DNA of 64,000 nucleotides from Gaiellales bacterium (GTDB lineage: Bacteria; Actinomycetota; Thermoleophilia; Gaiellales; JAICJC01), in NCBI GenBank assembly GCA_045806525.1, contig JBJMJD010000050.1:21177-85176 (forward strand). Reading direction: 5' to 3'. The position numbers and the translations under genes were made by a program. Positions 59,269 through 64,000 of this stretch are shown piece by piece. Numbering within the stretch: the stretch's first letter is position 1; every line of letters starts with the position of its first letter. The notes under the pieces are model-generated. The model searched no databases. It saw only the letters and a program-made list of their open reading frames with translations, and was not told the DNA's origin.

Positions 59269-60632
59269 GCCACCTGCTCCGCCAGCGACGGCAGCGCGCC
59301 GCGGGCGTCGTCGAGGTATGCGGTCGTGTAGCGGCCGGAGCCAAAGCGGGGCTCGTCCAGGATCTCCAGGAACAGCTCGCGAGTGGTGGCGACGCCCTCG
59401 ATCTCGAGCTCGCCCAGCGCACGGCGGGCTCTCGCCATGGCCTGCTCGCGGTCGCCGCCGTGGACGATCACCTTGGCCAGCAGCGAGTCGTAGAACGGCG
59501 GCACCCGGTAGCCCTCGTAGGCGTGGGTGTCGACGCGCACGCCGGCGCCGAGCGGCGGGCGGAAGCGGCTGACCGTGCCGGCCGCCGGCATGAACCCGCG
59601 GCGGGGATCCTCACAGTTGATGCGAAACTCGATGGCGTGGCCGACCAGCGGCGCCAGGCCGGTGGCCGGCAGCTGCTCCCCGCCGGCGATCCGCAGCTGC
59701 CAGACGGCGATGTCGATGCCGGTGAGCAGCTCCGACACGGGGTGCTCGACCTGCAGGCGGGTGTTCATCTCGATGAACGAGAAAGCCCCGTCGCGGTCGA
59801 CCAGGAACTCGACGGTGCCGGCGTTGACGTAGTCGCAGGCGCTGCAGGCGCGGCCCGCGGCCTCGGCCATCGCGGCACGGGTCGCCTCGTCCAGCGCCGG
59901 GCTCGGCCCCTCCTCGATCAGCTTCTGGTGCCTGCGCTGCACCGAGCAGTCCCGCTCGCCCAGCACCAGCACGCCGCCCTCGCCGTCGGCCAGCACCTGC
60001 ATCTCGACATGGCGCGGCTCGACGATCGCCTTCTCGAGGTACATGCTGCCGTCGCCGAAGGCGCTCTCGGCCTCGGCCGACGCCATCCGGTAGGCCTCCT
60101 CGACCTGATCCGGCCCGGCGACCATGCGCATGCCGCGGCCTCCACCACCGGCGGACGCCTTCAGCAGCACCGGATAGCCGACCTCGCCGGCCAGCTCGGC
60201 CGCCTCGGCGGCACCCGACAGCCGCTCCTGGCTGCCCGGCACCAGCGGCACGCCGGCGCCGGCCATGGTCTGCTTGGCGCGGCTCTTGTCGCCCATCAGC
60301 TCGATCGCCTCGGCGGACGGGCCGACGAACACCAGGTCGTTGTCCTCGCAGGCACGCACGAAGCCGGCGTTCTCGGCCAGAAACCCCCAGCCGGGATGGA
60401 CGGCATCGCAGCCGGTGGTCTCGGCGGCCGCGATCAGGTTCGGCACCCGCAGGTAGCTGTCGGTCGCCGCGTGCGGCCCGATGCATACCGCGCCGTCGGC
60501 CAGCTCGACCCACAGGCCCTCACTGTCGGCGGTCGAGTAGACGGCCACAGCCTCCGCGCCGAGGTCATGGCAGGCGCGCACCAGCCGCACGGCCGCCTCC
60601 CCGCGGTTCGCGATCAGGACGCGGCGCAACAT
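59265..60632 (-). CDS. accC: biotin carboxylase
   Basis: 455 aa. VLIANRGEAAVR N-terminus, ATP-grasp domain, EMNTRLQVEHPV motif. Confidence 0.95.
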   Translation of the reverse strand: MLRRVLIANRGEAAVRLVRACHDLGAEAVAVYSTADSEGLWVELADGAVCIGPHAATDSYLRVPNLIAAAETTGCDAVHPGWGFLAENAGFVRACEDNDLVFVGPSAEAIELMGDKSRAKQTMAGAGVPLVPGSQERLSGAAEAAELAGEVGYPVLLKASAGGGGRGMRMVAGPDQVEEAYRMASAEAESAFGDGSMYLEKAIVEPRHVEMQVLADGEGGVLVLGERDCSVQRRHQKLIEEGPSPALDEATRAAMAEAAGRACSACDYVNAGTVEFLVDRDGAFSFIEMNTRLQVEHPVSELLTGIDIAVWQLRIAGGEQLPATGLAPLVGHAIEFRINCEDPRRGFMPAAGTVSRFRPPLGAGVRVDTHAYEGYRVPPFYDSLLAKVIVHGGDREQAMARARRALGELEIEGVATTRELFLEILDEPRFGSGRYTTAYLDDARGALPSLAEQVA

Positions 60633-60639
60633 CGCAAAT

Positions 60640-62412
60640 CTACGCCAGTTCCAGCTCGAACAACGGCTGGCCGTACTCGACCGGCTCCGCGTTGCCGACC
60701 AGCACCGCGCGGATCACGCCCGCGTGCTCGGACTTGAGCTCGTTGAACAGCTTCATGGCCTCCAGCACGCACAGCACCTGATCGACGGCGACGGTGTCGC
60801 CCTCGCTGACGAACGGCTCAGCGGTCGGCGAGGGCGAGCGGTAGAACGTCCCGACCATCGGCGACGGCACCGTGACCGTCTGCGACACGCTCGGTGCGGC
60901 TGACTCCGCGGCGCCGTTGTCGGCTGACATGACGGCGGGGGCGGACGCGACGGGAGCAAGCGGCCGGTCGTCCTGGCGGCGGACCGTGATTCGCACGCCC
61001 GCGTCCTCGACGGTGAGCTCTCCGACGTCAGAGCCCTCGACCATCTCGATCAGCTCTCGGATGCGCTCGGACTGGCTGCGCTCGAGCCCGTCGCGCTCCG
61101 CATCCTCCCGATCCCCGCGGCCGCGCAGCGTGGCCAGCAGCCGGCTGGCGTCGTCGCCGAACAGCGCGACCAGCAGCAGATCCTCCTCGCTGGCGGCCAG
61201 CCCCTCGGCCCGCATCTGGTCGAGGTCGGGTGACGGATCGACGGTCGCGTCGGGGTCGGCGTGGACGGCCGCAGCCGGCGCGATCGCCTGGGGTGGATTG
61301 CCGTAGATCCCCGACAGGTAGTCGCGCATGTCAGGCGACACCTCGTCCCAGCGCCGGGCCGACAGCACATGGCGCACGGCCTGGCCGGCCAGGATGCCGC
61401 CCACCGGCTGGGCCAGCGGTGGCATCCCGCAGTCGAGGCGCACCTGCTTGAACTCCTCCAGCACCTCGTCCAGGCGGTCTCCGGCGCCCAGCATCCGCAG
61501 CCGCGCGTCCAGCTCGGAGACCAGGCCCACGGGCAGCCGGTTGAAGGCGGTGCGCAGCGTGATGCGGGGCGGGATCGGCAGCGCCGGCATCTGCGACGTG
61601 ACGTGCTCGTCGATGAATTGCGACGCCTCCCAGACGCGGTCGGCATCGACGCCGTGCTCAAGCCCCAGTCCGGTAAGCGAGTCGCACAGCACCTCCCCGG
61701 CGACCCGGTGCAGGGTGTAGGCGACCGGCAGCACGGCCGTGGCGATCGGCTCCGCGCCGTGGCGGGCGGCCTCGATCGCCATCGCCAACGCGTTTCCGCC
61801 GGTGCCCTGGCAGTAGAGGCCGACCGGAAGGCCGGACGCCTCCGCAAGCTCGTTGATGACGCGGTCGCACGTGCCCGGATCGAGCGCGCCGGCCGGGTCG
61901 TGCACCAGCACGTGGTCGGCGCCCAGCTCGGCCAGACGGCGCGCCTTGTCGACCACCCGCGGCAGGTTCGGCATGAAGCCGGAGAAGGCCAGGCCGGCGT
62001 ACAGGCGGCCGCCCGCCTCGCGCACGGCCGCGGCGGCCGACTCGAGGTTCTCCACGTCGTTCAGGGGGTCGTGCAGCCGGAAGATCTCGATGCCGCTCTC
62101 AGCCGCGCAGAGGATGAAGCGGCGCACAAGATCGTCGGACAGCGGCCGTGAGCCGACCAGGAAGCGCCCGCGCAGCGCCATCTGCAGCGGCGTCGTGCGG
62201 CAGCGCACTTTGACGCCGCGGATCCGCTCCCACGGGCTCTCGGTTCCCTTCTGGACGGCGGCATCGAAGCAGCCGCCGCCGCTCACCTCGAGTGCGGCGA
62301 AGCCGGCCTGATCGAGGATCTCGGCCACCTCCAGCACCCGCGCGGTCGAGATTGTGCCCACCAGGGGCTGCTGGGAGAGCAGGCGGATCGTGGTGTCGAC
62401 GATGCGGGTCAC
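60640..62412 (-). CDS. fusion protein: OadA/PycB/5S-type carboxyltransferase-like domain (ligand positions substituted) plus AccB-like biotin carboxyl carrier domain
   Basis: 590 aa. Residues 1 to about 450 align with the oxaloacetate decarboxylase alpha / pyruvate carboxylase B TIM barrel and its C-terminal helical region. The last ~80 aa are AccB-like (SPMVGTFYRSPSP...CVLEAMKLFNE). GTG overlaps the efp stop. Confidence 0.85.
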   Translation of the reverse strand: MTRIVDTTIRLLSQQPLVGTISTARVLEVAEILDQAGFAALEVSGGGCFDAAVQKGTESPWERIRGVKVRCRTTPLQMALRGRFLVGSRPLSDDLVRRFILCAAESGIEIFRLHDPLNDVENLESAAAAVREAGGRLYAGLAFSGFMPNLPRVVDKARRLAELGADHVLVHDPAGALDPGTCDRVINELAEASGLPVGLYCQGTGGNALAMAIEAARHGAEPIATAVLPVAYTLHRVAGEVLCDSLTGLGLEHGVDADRVWEASQFIDEHVTSQMPALPIPPRITLRTAFNRLPVGLVSELDARLRMLGAGDRLDEVLEEFKQVRLDCGMPPLAQPVGGILAGQAVRHVLSARRWDEVSPDMRDYLSGIYGNPPQAIAPAAAVHADPDATVDPSPDLDQMRAEGLAASEEDLLLVALFGDDASRLLATLRGRGDREDAERDGLERSQSERIRELIEMVEGSDVGELTVEDAGVRITVRRQDDRPLAPVASAPAVMSADNGAAESAAPSVSQTVTVPSPMVGTFYRSPSPTAEPFVSEGDTVAVDQVLCVLEAMKLFNELKSEHAGVIRAVLVGNAEPVEYGQPLFELELA

Positions 62413-62975
62413 GCGCGTGAGATGTACCGCGCCTCGCGCGTGTCCACACGGATCACGTCACCGACGTTGACGAACAGCGGAACCGCGACCACGGCGCCGG
62501 TCTCCAGCGTGGCCGGCTTGGTCACGTTGGAGACGGTGTCGCCCTTGACGCCCGGCTCGGTGTCGACCACCTTCAGCTCGACCGCCGCCGGCAGCTGCAG
62601 CGAGGTCGGCTTGCCGTCCACGGTGAGCAGCTGCACGGTGTCGTTCTCGCGCATGTACTGCAGCTCCTCGCGCATGGTGTCGGCCGGGAACGCGAGCTGG
62701 TCGAACGTCTCGGAGTTCATCAGGTGCACGTCGCTGCCGTCGTTGTAGAGGTAGGTGACGTTGACGACCTCGGTGTGGATGCGCGGCATCTTCTCGCCGG
62801 CGCGGAAGGTCTTGTCGACGACGCCGCCGGACTCCAGCGCCTTCAGCTTGGTGCGGACGAACGCGCCGCCCTTGCCCGGCTTGACGTGCTGGAAGTCGAC
62901 GATGCGGTAGACGGTGCCGTCGACCTCGACGTGCATGCCGTTTTTGAACTGGTTGGTGGAGATGGTTTCAGCCAT
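62409..62975 (-). CDS. efp: translation elongation factor P
   Basis: 188 aa with full-length EF-P similarity (FKNGMHVEVDG..., KPGKGGAFVRTKLK). Confidence 0.95.
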   Translation of the reverse strand: MAETISTNQFKNGMHVEVDGTVYRIVDFQHVKPGKGGAFVRTKLKALESGGVVDKTFRAGEKMPRIHTEVVNVTYLYNDGSDVHLMNSETFDQLAFPADTMREELQYMRENDTVQLLTVDGKPTSLQLPAAVELKVVDTEPGVKGDTVSNVTKPATLETGAVVAVPLFVNVGDVIRVDTREARYISRA

Positions 62976-62988
62976 GGTGGTGAGGCCG

Positions 62989-64000
62989 TCAGCCGGCCGT
63001 GATCAGCTCCTTAGGGTAGCCGGTGAGGCGCTCGCAGCCGTCTGCGGTGACCACCACGAGATCCTCGATGCGCACCCCGCCCACGCCCGGCAGGTAGACG
63101 CCCGGCTCCACTGTGACGACCATCCCCTGCTCGAGGGTTGCGGGGTAGGTGACCGACAGGCGCGGGTCCTCGTGGATCTGCAGGCCCACGCCGTGACCGG
63201 TGCCGTGCTGGAAGTGCTCGGCGTGGCCGGCCTCGGTGATGACGTCGCGCACGACCGCGTCGGCGTCCTTGCCGGTGACGCCGGGCCGCACCGCGTCGAG
63301 ACCGGCCAGCTGCGCCCTCAGCACCAGGTCGTAGACCTCGCGCAGCGGTTCAGGGACGGGGCCCGTGGCGAAGGTGCGCGTGCAGTCGGAGTGGTACCCG
63401 TCGAGCACGGCGCCGATGTCGATCGTGACCAGGCTGCCGGCGGCGATCGCCTCCCGCCGCGGCTCGGCGTGCGGCAGGGCGCCGGCAGCGCCGGAGGCCA
63501 CGATCGAGTCGAAGGCGATACCGTCGCCGCCGTGCTCGCGTACCAGCTCCTGGACGCGCCAGGCCACGTCGAACTCCGTGCGCCCGGCCAGGCCGTCGCC
63601 CACCAGCTGCGCGTAGACCGGCTCGAGGATCGCAGCGGCGCGGCGGATGGCCTCGATCTCGTCGTCGTCCTTGACGATCCGAAGGCCCTCGACGGCGCCG
63701 GCCACTCCCACCAGCTCGACCTCCCCGGACGCCTCCGCAAGCAGCGCGTGAGCGGCGTAGGACAGGTGCACCGACTCGAAGCCGACCCTGGCGGCGCCGG
63801 GCGCGAGCTCCGCCCAGCGGGTTGATACGAAGCGGATCAGGTCCTGGTTCGCCTGGTGCACGTCGATGAACTCGCGCAGCGGCGCAACCCGCTCCAGATA
63901 GCGGAAGTCGGTCAGAAACACGGATCTGGCGGGCGTTACCACCACGGCGCCGTTGCTGCCGGTGTACCCGGTGAGGTAGCGGACGTTCGTGAGATCCGTG
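62989..64000 (-). CDS. pepP: Xaa-Pro aminopeptidase (M24B), 5' end beyond window
   Basis: HGTGHGVGLQIHE and VEPGVY...GGVRIED M24 metal motifs. The reading frame stays open upstream of the ORF-track start through nt 64000 (...TDLTNVRYLTGYTGSNGAVVVTP), so the gene is truncated by the window. Confidence 0.85.
   Translation of the reverse strand, partial: TDLTNVRYLTGYTGSNGAVVVTPARSVFLTDFRYLERVAPLREFIDVHQANQDLIRFVSTRWAELAPGAARVGFESVHLSYAAHALLAEASGEVELVGVAGAVEGLRIVKDDDEIEAIRRAAAILEPVYAQLVGDGLAGRTEFDVAWRVQELVREHGGDGIAFDSIVASGAAGALPHAEPRREAIAAGSLVTIDIGAVLDGYHSDCTRTFATGPVPEPLREVYDLVLRAQLAGLDAVRPGVTGKDADAVVRDVITEAGHAEHFQHGTGHGVGLQIHEDPRLSVTYPATLEQGMVVTVEPGVYLPGVGGVRIEDLVVVTADGCERLTGYPKELITAG

Noticed and set aside
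59265-62412. Calling accC plus the 590-aa fusion a two-subunit pyruvate carboxylase (PycA/PycB) or an oxaloacetate decarboxylase alpha subunit
   Set aside because: The fold matches, but all four metal-ligand positions (Asp, carbamyl-Lys, His, His) read as Leu, His, Tyr and Gln in my alignment. The biotin domain is AccB-type, and no oadB/oadG genes are present. I therefore did not assign that enzymatic function.

Overview
The window is about 72% GC and almost entirely coding, mostly on the minus strand. Gene content and synteny look like a deep-branching Actinomycetota-type chromosome; this taxonomic call is inference only. Supporting synteny includes tlyA-nadK-recN-pyrG...xerD as in mycobacteria, and efp-accB-accC-asp23-nusB-xseB-ispA as in Firmicutes and Actinobacteria.

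Most of the window is core housekeeping:
- The rpsB-tsf-pyrH-frr and uppS-cdsA-dxr-rseP-ispG supercluster.
- The distal cell-division cluster: pgeF-yggS-sepF, then proC-yggT-divIVA, a dksA-like gene, lspA and rluD.
- hisD, murA, ppdK with its regulator, glyQS, recO, mutM, deoA and deoB, xerD, ald, pyrG, recN, accC, efp and pepP.

I saw no rRNA, tRNA, transposase, integrase cassette, cas genes or recognisable defence system. The ORF track holds many long antisense or N-terminally over-extended ORFs typical of high-GC DNA. I trimmed or rejected these using homology onset, GC3 and the very frequent 4-nt start/stop overlaps (ATGA, GTGA).

Observations most worth a second look:
1. The accB position is occupied by a 590-aa fusion of an OadA/PycB-type carboxyltransferase domain and an AccB-like biotin carrier. 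All four canonical metal-ligand positions of the carboxyltransferase domain appear substituted.
2. A non-coding tandem array of about 3.5 copies of a 105-bp unit carrying a conserved hairpin lies directly upstream of an imuB-small ORF-dnaE2 mutasome operon.
3. That operon has a textbook promoter (TTGCAT-17-TATGCT) with a perfect CGAAC-N4-GTTCG SOS box in its spacer. No imuA or imuA' gene is present.
4. MurA carries Asp at the fosfomycin-target Cys position.
5. An ispA-type gene has a conserved-looking N-terminus with no ATG, GTG or TTG start.

Several uncharacterised small or hypothetical genes are translationally coupled to essential genes. Nothing here can be asserted as a new system without database searches.
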